From Candidatus Bathyarchaeota archaeon (GTDB taxonomy: Archaea > Thermoproteota > CALKCG01 > B24 > DRYS01): a DNA stretch of 64,000 nucleotides. The DNA lies in assembly GCA_018396535.1 (NCBI GenBank), contig JAGTQC010000001.1:224827-288826 (forward strand). The letters are read 5' to 3'. The position numbers and the translations under genes are program-made. Every line of letters begins with the position of its first letter. The stretch's first letter is position 1. Below, piece by piece: positions 31,323 through 41,678 of this stretch. The notes beneath the pieces are model-generated. The model had not been told where the DNA came from. It worked only from the letters and a program-made list of their open reading frames with translations, and made no database searches.

Positions 31323-32297
31323 TTACATAAATGATTCTACTAGATGGCATGCTACAATCCTATCATCTCTAACCTCTATTATAGGAGGTTCAACCTCTTT
31401 ACATATAGGTTTAGCGTATGGGCATCTAGGATGGAACCTGCATCCTGATGGAGGATTTAATAGATTTGGAGGCTCCCCAGCTATGAATGTTATACCTCTT
31501 TTCCTAACCTCTGATTCAGGTGTCATCACAGCGTTAACTAAGCCGCGTGTATATGGATGTAGAGGGGTATACAATATATCATCGGTTGAAGCTACCTCGA
31601 CTATCTTACCAGCATACATTATAGCGATCTTATCAGCTATCTGTCTCAGTATAGCTAAGTCATGTGTTACGAATACCATACTCTCTATAATCTTCGCTCT
31701 ATGGAGGTCTACGAGAAGTTTTATAACCTGCTTCTGGGTTGAAACGTCGAGGGCTGATGTAGGCTCATCCACTATCAAGAGTTTAGGATTGAGTAGTGTC
31801 GAGATAGCTATAACAACCCTCTGCTTCATACCTCCGCTAAGCTCGTGAGGATATAGATGCAGTATTTCAGGTGAGAGGTTTAATTCTTCAAACCTTTTTC
31901 TAACCATAGATACTATCTCAGCTCTACTCATATCCGTATGATAGTGGAAGATGTCTTTAACGAAATCTACGATTTTTTTAGTAGGCATAAGAGCGTTGAG
32001 GGCTGATTGAGGAACTATGGATACCAGTATACCCCATACATCCTTCTTAAGCTTACTCCTACTCATCTCGGAGATCTTAATGCCATCTAGGACTATCGTT
32101 CCATCGATAAGACGTAGTGGAGGTCTGATATTCATCATCAACGTATTTACGAGTGTAGATTTTCCGCATCCTGATTCTCCGGCTAAACCTAGGATGGCAC
32201 CTCTATCAACTGATAAGCTTACATCATCTACAGCTTTAACATAGCTATTCCTAATGGAGTAGTATGCTTTAACATGCTCAGCTTCGAGTAGGGTCAT
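31323..32297 (-). CDS. Opp/Dpp ABC ATPase (OppD-like)
   Basis: GESGCGKS, LSGGMKQR, GCRFHPRC. Confidence 0.92.
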   Translation of the reverse strand: MTLLEAEHVKAYYSIRNSYVKAVDDVSLSVDRGAILGLAGESGCGKSTLVNTLMMNIRPPLRLIDGTIVLDGIKISEMSRSKLKKDVWGILVSIVPQSALNALMPTKKIVDFVKDIFHYHTDMSRAEIVSMVRKRFEELNLSPEILHLYPHELSGGMKQRVVIAISTLLNPKLLIVDEPTSALDVSTQKQVIKLLVDLHRAKIIESMVFVTHDLAILRQIADKIAIMYAGKIVEVASTDDILYTPLHPYTRGLVNAVMTPESEVRKRGITFIAGEPPNLLNPPSGCRFHPRCPYAKPICKEVEPPIIEVRDDRIVACHLVESFM

Positions 32298-32300
32298 AAG

Positions 32301-33143
32301 CTATTCACCTCTAAGCCTAGGGCTGAAGTACTCATCTAGAGCTGTGGATAGTAGGAGTAGCGATGTAGCTAATGCTACTAGGCATACACCAGGCGGGATG
32401 AACCACCACCATAGAGCTCTACGAACGGCTTCTAGGAGCTGAGCCCAGTATAGGATTATACCTAGAGATATACCTCTAGTTACGCCTAAGCCTATCATGC
32501 TGAGGCCTGCTTCTGCTATCATAGCACCGGACATAAGTAGTACGAAAGCCATGAATATGTATGAAGCCATATTAGGGAGTAGATCCTCGAACATTATCCT
32601 TAGATCGCCTAGACCAGCCATCCTAGACATATCTATGAACTCTCTAGTCTTCAAGCTTAGGATCTGTGATCTAACAGCTCTAGCTACCCAAGGCCATGAT
32701 GTAACGCCTATAACTATAGATACTAGAAATGGATTCCTCTCCTCTAAGTATGCTGCGATCAGCATCATCAAGAGTATCGATGGTAGAGCGTATACGACAT
32801 CTGTTAGAAGCATCAGGGAATTCTCTGTGATACCTCCTTTAAATCCTGAGACAACCCCTATGGTTACACCTATAGCTAGAGATATGGCTGCAGCTGTTAA
32901 ACCTATGCTTAGAGAGTTTCTTATGCCATGGAGGAGCTGAGCTAGGACATCTCTACCCCAGCGATCTGTTCCTAATGGGTATTTGCTCGAGGGGGGTTGC
33001 TCGATAGGCCCTGTCATTACTACAGGGTTTACAGGATATACGATAGGCCCTATCAACCCTGCTAATACTATAGCTAAGAATATCGATAGGCTTATGATCA
33101 GCTTCTTAATCTTGATTAGATCCATAACTATGGGGGGTATCAT
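32301..33143 (-). CDS. Opp/Dpp ABC permease (OppC-like)
   Basis: PLGTDRWGRDV, EAA loop, WWWFIPPG. Confidence 0.92.
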   Translation of the reverse strand: MIPPIVMDLIKIKKLIISLSIFLAIVLAGLIGPIVYPVNPVVMTGPIEQPPSSKYPLGTDRWGRDVLAQLLHGIRNSLSIGLTAAAISLAIGVTIGVVSGFKGGITENSLMLLTDVVYALPSILLMMLIAAYLEERNPFLVSIVIGVTSWPWVARAVRSQILSLKTREFIDMSRMAGLGDLRIMFEDLLPNMASYIFMAFVLLMSGAMIAEAGLSMIGLGVTRGISLGIILYWAQLLEAVRRALWWWFIPPGVCLVALATSLLLLSTALDEYFSPRLRGE

Positions 33144-33145
33144 AA

Positions 33146-34159
33146 TTATCCACCGGTATATCCGGTTTTGATCCTTGGATCTATGAGTGCGTAAGCTATA
33201 TCGACTATGAAGTTTGCGAGTAGAAGCGTAGATATTAGTAGTACGAAAGTCCCCTGTATCATAGGATAGTCTAGTCTAGAGAGGGATGTGAATATCAGGA
33301 ATCCTGTACCTGGATAAGAGAATACAACCTCTGTTATAAGCGAACCGCCAAGTATGCTACCGAAGTTTAGAGCTAAACCTGTTATCTGTGGTAGCATAGA
33401 GTTTCTGAATACGTATCTAAGTATCTTACTATCGGGTAGTCCGAGGGAGTCTGCGTAGCTTACGTAATCTGCTCTCAATTCATAGATAGCCATAACCCTC
33501 ATGCCTATAGCCCATCCACCCATAGCGCTCAGCGTAATCGATAGGAATGGTAGGGTGTAGTGGTGGAGGAAATCTAGAGCGAATTCGAGGGTTAAAGCTG
33601 GAATCCTACCGGTAGTGTAGGCTCCACCTATAGGGAATACCTTGAATACCACTGCGAATATGAAGAGTAGTATCATAGCTAGCCAGTAGTATGGTGTCTG
33701 GGATAGCGTGAGGAATACTGGGAGTAGAGCGTTATCTACGATTGTCTTTCTCTTATAAGCTGCTAAAGCTCCTAGAAGATTACCTATGATCCATGATGTT
33801 AGGGTTGCAGGTATAAGTAGGCCTAGGGTCCATGGTAGATAAGAGAATACTAGATCTGCAACTTTGCGAGGATAAGCGGATATGGATGTTCCTAGATCGC
33901 CTGTAAACGTACGGGATATGAACTCGAAGAATTGTACGTGGAGAGGTTTACCTATACCAAACTCCTCCATAAGCTGTCTATAGACGGCTTTTATAAGCTC
34001 TGGATTTTGCTGAGCTCGTTGAAATAGCTGCGATAGCAATGTCGATAACGGGTTTCCAGGGATAGCTCTTGGTAGGAGAAATATTATGAAGATGAATGTT
34101 ATGAATGTTAAAACTAAGAATCCAGCTCTTCTAGATAGAAATTTCACGAATGGATTCAA
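33146..34159 (-). CDS. Opp/Dpp ABC permease (OppB-like)
   Basis: PGNP, GDLGTS, EVVFSYPGTG, DYPMIQG, DPRI. Confidence 0.92.
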   Translation of the reverse strand: MNPFVKFLSRRAGFLVLTFITFIFIIFLLPRAIPGNPLSTLLSQLFQRAQQNPELIKAVYRQLMEEFGIGKPLHVQFFEFISRTFTGDLGTSISAYPRKVADLVFSYLPWTLGLLIPATLTSWIIGNLLGALAAYKRKTIVDNALLPVFLTLSQTPYYWLAMILLFIFAVVFKVFPIGGAYTTGRIPALTLEFALDFLHHYTLPFLSITLSAMGGWAIGMRVMAIYELRADYVSYADSLGLPDSKILRYVFRNSMLPQITGLALNFGSILGGSLITEVVFSYPGTGFLIFTSLSRLDYPMIQGTFVLLISTLLLANFIVDIAYALIDPRIKTGYTGG

Positions 34160-34220
34160 GTTATTCCCCCTACTAGCTATTAAGCTATGTTCGTATTAGA
34201 TCGATATAAATATTCAGAAT

Positions 34221-34469
34221 TTAACTATCTATACCTATAGGTCTATGAATCCTTTTCGCTATCTTAGCTATGAGTATCATAGTAGCTATCAAAGTCATAG
34301 CGAAGAGTAGAAGTGTATACTGGTATTCGAAACGCCATGTCTGAGCTGAGGTATAGAAGTATAGGAGAGTGATAGCTTCTAGGATAAGCCCCCAAACCAG
34401 TATTACCAGTACGGTCTTCTCTATACCGTAGGATCTGGTTAACCTAGCAGGATACTTGTATACCATCAA
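34221..34469 (-). CDS. Small 2-TM hypothetical protein upstream of the ABC operon
   Basis: 82 aa with two hydrophobic helices. Confidence 0.6.
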   Translation of the reverse strand: MMVYKYPARLTRSYGIEKTVLVILVWGLILEAITLLYFYTSAQTWRFEYQYTLLLFAMTLIATMILIAKIAKRIHRPIGIDS

Positions 34470-34799
34470 CTATGATATAGATTTATAATCTTAAAAATCT
34501 TATAGCTGCTTCATAGCATATACGAGATTATATAAGATTAAAGCTTTATATAATATTAACAACCTTCATACAGTTTATATAAAATATTACTTGTAACATC
34601 CAATTATACCTAGCTAACCCAAATACTTATAGATTAATAAAGTGGAAAATATCTTAACGATATCTAGTATATATTAATTCTCTAATATAGATTAACTAGA
34701 TTTTCATAGTCATCGATATACCTAATAATGTTAATAGGAACGGATACAACCGTATACTCGAATCATGTAATCTAAACTATACCATTGTACTAGAAGTAT

Positions 34800-34834
34800 C
34801 TATGGAAAAACTATGGATAGAAACTATGGAAAAA
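34800..34834. repeat. Short imperfect tandem repeat (CTATGGA x3), probably the topA terminator region
   Basis: CTATGGA at 34800, 34811 and 34824; U-rich on the minus strand. Confidence 0.55.
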
Positions 34835-34848
34835 TAGAGGGGGGAGGG

Positions 34849-36513
34849 CTAACCGTTTATACCCCTCAATCTAGCTGATATTTTATCGAATAGCTCCTCG
34901 TATATCTTTAAAGCTTCTCCTAAAGCCTCCTCCATACCCCTCCTACCTAGCTCTACATCTATCATAAGCTGCTCTACATATCTTCTAGTATCTGGTGTAA
35001 CAAGCCTCTCATCTACACTTCTCAGAAGGTTTATCAACGATTCCCCTAGATTACTTAGATAGAAGGATCTACCCTTCTTCATAGCATACCCCCTCTCAAC
35101 TATTATCTGCGGATAATCTGCTCTAGTAGCATCAGTTCCTATGGAATGCTTCTCTAGAAGCTTTAATAACTCTGATTCTGTTAAACGTGGTGGAGGCTTA
35201 GTCTTCCTCTCCCTTATATCAACCCCTACTATAGGATATCTAGATCCGATCTTAAACTCCGGTATCTTTAGGAGATCTCTAGGCTTAAAATATGGGAATA
35301 CCCTGTAGAAGCCTTCATCCACCATGTATCTACCCGTAGCATTCAATAATACCCCTCCTACATCTACACATACCCTCCACCTCTTCATATATGCATCCCT
35401 ACATACTACGTTAGCTAGATACCTCCTAGCTATATACTCCCATACGATACTCTTAGAATCTCTCCAAGGATAGTACGCTGTAGGATGTATAGGTGGATGA
35501 GCCCCATCATTCCTATCTCCATCCCTAGGATCGAAGTAGCTCATATCTATATATATGGATAGGGGGGTAGATGATAACATGGATAGAATAGATCTATGAT
35601 CAACCGTTAACCACATATTAGTCTCGGTTCTAGGATAGCTTATATATCCATCCCCATACAACGCTTCCGCTATAGCCATAATCTTAGAAGCAGAGAAGCC
35701 TGTAATCCTAGATAGCTCCTGTAGCATAGTATCTGTATCTGTAGGTAGGGGTTTACGTTCAACCTCGTCTCTAAGCTGGAAATCCTTAACGTATGCATAC
35801 CTACAATCCCTTATAGAAGCGTATAGTATACTAGCTTTAACCCGATCCTTTATAGGATCTGATGAAAACTCTATTTTAACCCCACCAAAATCTACGATAA
35901 CTATCAAAGTATAGTACTTCTCAGGTTTAAACCCCCTAATCTCCATCTCCTTCTGATATACAAACCATAGTGTAGGGATCTGACATGAACCCCATGAAAC
36001 TAGGCTACTACTATCGAACCTACCTGAAAGCGTTAATAGCCTAGTATAAGCTGCACCTGTTACTAGATCGAATTTATGACGTAGTAGAGCTTTCCAAACC
36101 CATCTCCACTTAAGATCTGGTTCTAGATTCATCCATGCACGTCTAAGCTCGCTTATCGTCGTAGCATTAAACCTCATCCTACGATAACCAGGTGTAAACC
36201 CTAACCTATCCCTAGCTATCAATAGTACTTCGTACGCTATTAACTCACCTTCAGGATCGTTATCCGTAGCTAATACGAGTATATCGCTATCCTTAAGAAA
36301 GGATACTAGCCTCCTATAGGATTCGTAATCTCTAACAACCCATTCGATAGGAGCTTTGAAAAGCTCACGTGGATCTATACTCCTCCATCTAGAATAGCTT
36401 TCAGGAAAATCTAGCTCTAGTATATGCCCCTTCAAAGCTATAGTATCTGGTGGAGGCTTAATAGCTGATCTAATATTCCTAGCTACCGAAGGCTTCTCGG
36501 CTACTACAAGCAT
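34849..36513 (-). CDS. topA: Type IA DNA topoisomerase without C-terminal zinc ribbons
   Basis: AEKPS, DNDPEGE, GYISYPRT (catalytic Tyr), AHPPIHPT, IGTDATR. Confidence 0.9.
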   Translation of the reverse strand: MLVVAEKPSVARNIRSAIKPPPDTIALKGHILELDFPESYSRWRSIDPRELFKAPIEWVVRDYESYRRLVSFLKDSDILVLATDNDPEGELIAYEVLLIARDRLGFTPGYRRMRFNATTISELRRAWMNLEPDLKWRWVWKALLRHKFDLVTGAAYTRLLTLSGRFDSSSLVSWGSCQIPTLWFVYQKEMEIRGFKPEKYYTLIVIVDFGGVKIEFSSDPIKDRVKASILYASIRDCRYAYVKDFQLRDEVERKPLPTDTDTMLQELSRITGFSASKIMAIAEALYGDGYISYPRTETNMWLTVDHRSILSMLSSTPLSIYIDMSYFDPRDGDRNDGAHPPIHPTAYYPWRDSKSIVWEYIARRYLANVVCRDAYMKRWRVCVDVGGVLLNATGRYMVDEGFYRVFPYFKPRDLLKIPEFKIGSRYPIVGVDIRERKTKPPPRLTESELLKLLEKHSIGTDATRADYPQIIVERGYAMKKGRSFYLSNLGESLINLLRSVDERLVTPDTRRYVEQLMIDVELGRRGMEEALGEALKIYEELFDKISARLRGING

Positions 36514-36576
36514 ATAACTTTACACCGGTAGTAACCGATAGGAAGTATTTATAAATATTGCCATGTTAAGGCTATG

Positions 36577-37452
36577 TTAGTACTGTCCTAGAGAGCCATC
36601 CCTCCTAGCAGAATCGTATCCTATCTTGAACACGTATAGAGCGATAGGTGTCGCTATTAGTATGAATATAGATAGGTATAGTATATTCGATAATACTACT
36701 GGTGATGATAGATCTTCAGCTGATTGTAGACATCTCCTTATACCATCTAGGGAATACGTTAATGGGAATGCCTTACCAAGCCATTCCAGATACCATGGTA
36801 GAAGCTTCAAGGGATAGAATACTCCTGATACAAGCTGGCTAAGCCATGAAAACGCCCATGTTACAGGACTACCCTGCTTAACCTTCATTATAACACCCGT
36901 ACTTAGTATACCTATATCCATATGGCTCGCTATCAATAGCATCGTCAATATAATAACCGATATTATAGATGATAGAGTCGTATAGAATTCTGCTCCTAGT
37001 AGCATACCTATCAATAGGGACATTAACAGTAGTGTAGACGATACTATGAAAGAAAAGCATACCTCACCTAGTAGGAATATCTTAAAATCCGTAGCCGTCG
37101 ATAGTATAGTTTCTAGAGTACCATTCCATTGTTCATCCCTTATACTCTCGTTTATAGTTTGAACTGCGAAGTGTACATAGTGTTGGAACGATATACCTAT
37201 TAACGCGAATGTAAAGTATCCTCCAACACTATATCCAGCATCCTGTACATGTTGAGATGTGGTTATGAAGGAGAATAGATAGTATGTGACTATGAAGATT
37301 ACAACACCTACGATATCTAATATAAGCCAGAACTTATATGTCCACCATACCTTGAAATCCCTAACTATGAACGATAAGATTATACGATATGTAGAAGTTC
37401 TCCTTCTAGGAATATCTTCAGATAATATATGGATAAGCTTCTCTATATTCAT
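36577..37452 (-). CDS. ABC-2 type exporter permease
   Basis: EQWNGTLE, SGVFYP, PLTYSLDGIR. Confidence 0.88.
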   Translation of the reverse strand: MNIEKLIHILSEDIPRRRTSTYRIILSFIVRDFKVWWTYKFWLILDIVGVVIFIVTYYLFSFITTSQHVQDAGYSVGGYFTFALIGISFQHYVHFAVQTINESIRDEQWNGTLETILSTATDFKIFLLGEVCFSFIVSSTLLLMSLLIGMLLGAEFYTTLSSIISVIILTMLLIASHMDIGILSTGVIMKVKQGSPVTWAFSWLSQLVSGVFYPLKLLPWYLEWLGKAFPLTYSLDGIRRCLQSAEDLSSPVVLSNILYLSIFILIATPIALYVFKIGYDSARRDGSLGQY

Positions 37453-37463
37453 AATCTAACCCC

Positions 37464-38345
37464 CTAGTATGTTGAAACAGTTCCTTCATATCTTATACGA
37501 TTCAAACCCCATCTGAAAACCCTTAATCCTATAGGTATGAAAACAAATGCGTAGACTATTAGAATGAATATATTCCACGATACCTGTGGTGATAATATAG
37601 TCGCACCTGTAAGCATTATCTTACGGCAAGCATCTAAAGCATATGTATACGGCATAAGCCATGCTAGAAAGTATAATACCGGTATATCTTCTAGATACTT
37701 TAACGGGAATAATACTCCTCCTAGGAATTCTGTTATCGTAGCGAATAGGAATGTTAAGGGATCCCCCTTCTTATATACTAGTATTAAACCTGCAGCTATT
37801 ATACCTATACCGATATAGCTTACTATCATCAATATTATAACCGCTATGAATGATACCATCGTCTCCAAGCTTATAAATAGCTGCGCTTTTAAAATATAGA
37901 TACCTACTATCAATACTCCAGTCATGAAGTAACCACTAACTAGGAACCCTCTTAGAGATTGACCTATTATATACGCTTTCATATCTATAAGCGATGATAC
38001 TATAGGTTCTAGCGTTCCTTCGCGTATCTCGTGTTGTAGTGCATGACTAAGCCTACTTATACACATCCATAGATAGTTAGCTGTAGCTACACCTATTAAC
38101 GCGAATGACAGCCAGTTTACACCTTCATACCCAGCTAGAGCCATCCTCCTAGCATCCACTTGCAAACCCATAAAGGAGTACATAGCTATAGATGCTACCG
38201 TACTTATAGTCTCCATAACAACCCATGTCCTATAGGATAGGAATATTTTGAAGTTAGCCCAGAATACAGCCCATACATGGATAAAACCAGATGATACTCT
38301 AGGTCTATCCTCTCTTAGAAGCTCCACTATATCCTCTACTTTCAA
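37464..38345 (-). CDS. ABC-2 type exporter permease
   Basis: EIREGTLE, GGVLFP, PYTYALDACR. Confidence 0.88.
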   Translation of the reverse strand: MKVEDIVELLREDRPRVSSGFIHVWAVFWANFKIFLSYRTWVVMETISTVASIAMYSFMGLQVDARRMALAGYEGVNWLSFALIGVATANYLWMCISRLSHALQHEIREGTLEPIVSSLIDMKAYIIGQSLRGFLVSGYFMTGVLIVGIYILKAQLFISLETMVSFIAVIILMIVSYIGIGIIAAGLILVYKKGDPLTFLFATITEFLGGVLFPLKYLEDIPVLYFLAWLMPYTYALDACRKIMLTGATILSPQVSWNIFILIVYAFVFIPIGLRVFRWGLNRIRYEGTVSTY

Positions 38346-39337
38346 ACAGCTCCCTCCCTAGCGAGTTTAACAAATATATCTTCTAAACTAGGTTCAGATC
38401 TACGTATAGATGATAGCTTAAACCCATAGCTATACAATCTATCAGCTATGATATGAATAGCTTCATATTCATCATCTACTTGTAATCTTACGCTTATAGC
38501 TATAGGATCATTCTTAACCTCTACTATCCTATTAACAACATCTATACTAGATAGTACGGATCTAAGTCTATCTATGTTATCTACATTTCTAACCTCGACT
38601 TCTACAGCACGTATATCCCTAAGCATATCCCTTAATACAGATGGATGAGCATCCACTATTATACGCCCATTCTTCATTATAGCTATCCTTTCACATAGTT
38701 GCTCAACCTCAAACATATTATGACTAGTAAATACTATCGTCTTACCAAGCTCCTTATTCAAAGCCTTCAATAAATTCCTAGTCTCGACTGCACTCACAGT
38801 ATCTAAACCTATAGTCGGCTCATCCATCAATAGTATAGGAGGATTATGTAGTAGAGCTCTAGCAAGCATAACCCTAACCTTCATACCTGTCGAATAATCC
38901 TTAACAAGCTTCTTTCTATCCTTCGTTAAATCGAAGAATTCTAGGAGAGCATCTATCCTCTTCTCAGCTACATCTTTAGGAACATTCTGTAGGTATGCGT
39001 AGAATCTAAGGTTATCCTCCGCATTCAGCCTCCAATACAGTGAACGACCACCAGTCTCCCCGTGGAACCATCCTATAGAACTTCTAACCTTAACAGATTC
39101 ACGTATAATATCATATCCATTAACCTTAGCAGTACCCTCAGTCGGTAGTATTATCGTACATAGCATCTTTATCAGCGTAGTCTTACCTGCACCGTTAGGA
39201 CCTAGGAGACCGAAGAATTCCCCCTTCTTAACCTTGATATTTACATGATCCACAGCTCTAACTATACGTTTAATACCATCTTCCTTACTCTCGAATATCT
39301 TAGTCAAATCGATTGTCTCTACGGCGTAATCCACCAT
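38342..39337 (-). CDS. ABC exporter ATPase (DrrA-like)
   Basis: GPNGAGKT, YSTGM, DEPTIGLD, SLEDIF. Confidence 0.92.
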   Translation of the reverse strand: MVDYAVETIDLTKIFESKEDGIKRIVRAVDHVNIKVKKGEFFGLLGPNGAGKTTLIKMLCTIILPTEGTAKVNGYDIIRESVKVRSSIGWFHGETGGRSLYWRLNAEDNLRFYAYLQNVPKDVAEKRIDALLEFFDLTKDRKKLVKDYSTGMKVRVMLARALLHNPPILLMDEPTIGLDTVSAVETRNLLKALNKELGKTIVFTSHNMFEVEQLCERIAIMKNGRIIVDAHPSVLRDMLRDIRAVEVEVRNVDNIDRLRSVLSSIDVVNRIVEVKNDPIAISVRLQVDDEYEAIHIIADRLYSYGFKLSSIRRSEPSLEDIFVKLAREGAV

Positions 39338-39480
39338 ATGATACTACAGCTCCTCCGAGCGAGTAGCTAATCTAGATTATTTTAGAGGATGAATCGTCTA
39401 GGTAATAACGATTTCGCATAGATTTATGAGTGGATGAAAACTTATGATAAACTATAGCACCATAATAATTGTAGAGTAGA

Positions 39481-40680
39481 TTGAATCGTATAAACGGAGA
39501 TAGCTTTTGGAGTGGTATACTAGCAGCTTATAGTGAGATAGCTCTCAAATCTGATAGAGTTAGAGTGAAGTTTGTATCTAAACTTAAGAGTAATATCATC
39601 GAAGCATTTAAATCTAGAGGCTTACATACTAGAGTACGGCATCGATGGTCTCGTATACTTATAGATTGCAACAATGATATTGATCTATCTTGTAGAATAG
39701 CTTCTAGGATATTCGGTTTAAAGTATATAGCACCATATAGATATGTAGATTTAGAGGAACTAGAATCGTTCATGAAGACTTATTCACCTAGACTACTAAA
39801 GGGGGTTGAGAGCTTCGCTATCAGAGTTAGACGTACTGGTACCCATAGCTTTACTAGTAAGGATCTAGAAAGACGTGTAGGCAGTATAGTTAAAGCATCT
39901 TCGAATCTTAGAGTCGATCTAGATAATCCTGATAGGACGATATACATAGAAGTCCACGATAATGAATGCTACATATACACAAATAGGATTGAAGCTCCTG
40001 GCGGGCTACCCTTAGGTACATCTAGTCGCGTAGTATCTCTAGTATCTGGTGGTATAGATTCACCTGTAGCTACATGGCTCATTATGAAACGTGGATGCCC
40101 TGTAACTATGCTATTCGCACATTCCCCGGTAGGAGGAGATGAATCAGATCTTAAGAGGTTTCTAGCTGTAGCTAGGATACTTAGAGAATGGCATATAGGG
40201 GAGGAGATCCGAGCGTACTCCTATATTCATAGCAAGGCTTTGAAGGAGATATGTAAAGTTGCTGATAGTTATACATGTGTACTATGCCGTAGGATGATGT
40301 ATAGAGTAGCATGTAGAGTAGCTGAGATCGAGGGAGCTAAAGCTATAGTTACAGGTGAGAATCTAGCGCAAGTTGCATCTCAAACCTTAGATAATCTATA
40401 CGTAGTAGACGAAGCATCGAATCTACCAGTTCTCAGACCTCTCATAGGATTAGAAAAAGAGGATTCTGTGAATATAGCGCGTATGATAGGAACATATGAA
40501 GCATCGATTACAGCCGTATCATCAGGATGTAGATCTATAAAGGGTTGCTGGGCTAGGCCTAGGAAGCCTACAACTAGAGCTATACTAGATAGAGTTAGGG
40601 AGATGGAGTCTATGATAGATGTGGATAAACTTGTAGATGAAGCTATATCTAGCTTAAAGGATTTATCAAACTTACTATAG
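39481..40680 (+). CDS. thiI: tRNA 4-thiouridine synthase ThiI (THUMP + PP-loop, no rhodanese domain)
   Basis: SGGIDS, CVLCRRMM, GENLAQVASQT, late Cys. Confidence 0.92.
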   Translation: MNRINGDSFWSGILAAYSEIALKSDRVRVKFVSKLKSNIIEAFKSRGLHTRVRHRWSRILIDCNNDIDLSCRIASRIFGLKYIAPYRYVDLEELESFMKTYSPRLLKGVESFAIRVRRTGTHSFTSKDLERRVGSIVKASSNLRVDLDNPDRTIYIEVHDNECYIYTNRIEAPGGLPLGTSSRVVSLVSGGIDSPVATWLIMKRGCPVTMLFAHSPVGGDESDLKRFLAVARILREWHIGEEIRAYSYIHSKALKEICKVADSYTCVLCRRMMYRVACRVAEIEGAKAIVTGENLAQVASQTLDNLYVVDEASNLPVLRPLIGLEKEDSVNIARMIGTYEASITAVSSGCRSIKGCWARPRKPTTRAILDRVREMESMIDVDKLVDEAISSLKDLSNLL

Positions 40681-40684
40681 CTCT

Positions 40685-41647
40685 TCATCTAGGAGTTGTT
40701 AGATCAGCTATATCTATATAGCTTCTAGCTATTTCCTCGATTATCGATGCTATTTCTAAACTTATACTTTTAACTTTGGAATCTGAATATTTAGATGATA
40801 ATCTTCTAAAATCTTCTATGAAACGCTTACCTTCCTTTAATAGCTTCTCGAATTTATCCATATAGTTAAGATCCCCTTCCATGAACATCTTTAGAGATGT
40901 ATCTCTAACAGATGATAGATACTCCATTATACGTTCTAATTCTGATAACAGATCTCTAGGTATATCTCCGGCTTCTAATAGGATGTACGCTAGCTTTGTA
41001 AGTCTATCAGCTATATTCTCTAATAGTAATCCTGCTACACGTAGATCTAACCTCCTACTGAAGGGTATAGTAGCATCGCCTGTATTCATTGGACTTCTGA
41101 GGAGCCTAACTAGTAGGAAGTATAGTCTATCTATCTCATCATCCCTATCTGTTAAACTATACATCTTGGATAGATCCTCTGATAGTGTATGAGCTATATC
41201 CTCGTGAAGCGTGTATACTAGGAATCTAAGTCTATCGAAGGTTCTCTCCACATCCAGCTTCTCAGGATCGACTATACATTGGAATGTTATACTAGAATTA
41301 TCCTCACCTACAACTTCTAACCCTATGAGTTTTCTACAAACATTCTTGATAACCCTTCTACCATCAGGATCGAATCCTTCGGTACATACAACCTTTATGA
41401 TATCATAGCCTAGTAGATAGCTTGCTACGATCTCTTTAACAGTTAGATCCTCGTATCCACGTCTAACTCTAACTTCTTTCTCATACATAGCTTGAAGCTT
41501 AGGGGGTTTTATTAGAAGGGATGAACCTCCATCGATTAATAGGAGTTTAGAACCCTTATTCAAGCCTATACGTTCAACCCATTCTCTAGGTAGACTGATA
41601 GTGAAAGTACCTCTACCAACTTCTTGAACGACTCTAATCCACATCAT
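40685..41647 (-). CDS. AbrB-PhoU phosphate uptake regulator family protein
   Basis: RVVQEVGRGTFTISLPREW; RDDEIDRLYFL; LENIAD. Confidence 0.88.
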   Translation of the reverse strand: MMWIRVVQEVGRGTFTISLPREWVERIGLNKGSKLLLIDGGSSLLIKPPKLQAMYEKEVRVRRGYEDLTVKEIVASYLLGYDIIKVVCTEGFDPDGRRVIKNVCRKLIGLEVVGEDNSSITFQCIVDPEKLDVERTFDRLRFLVYTLHEDIAHTLSEDLSKMYSLTDRDDEIDRLYFLLVRLLRSPMNTGDATIPFSRRLDLRVAGLLLENIADRLTKLAYILLEAGDIPRDLLSELERIMEYLSSVRDTSLKMFMEGDLNYMDKFEKLLKEGKRFIEDFRRLSSKYSDSKVKSISLEIASIIEEIARSYIDIADLTTPR

Positions 41648-41678
41648 AATTAAGATATGATAACGCCTAGTATATATG

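Noticed and set aside
34800-34834. Mini-CRISPR
   Set aside because: The 7-nt unit with 4-6 nt gaps is far too short, and there are no cas genes
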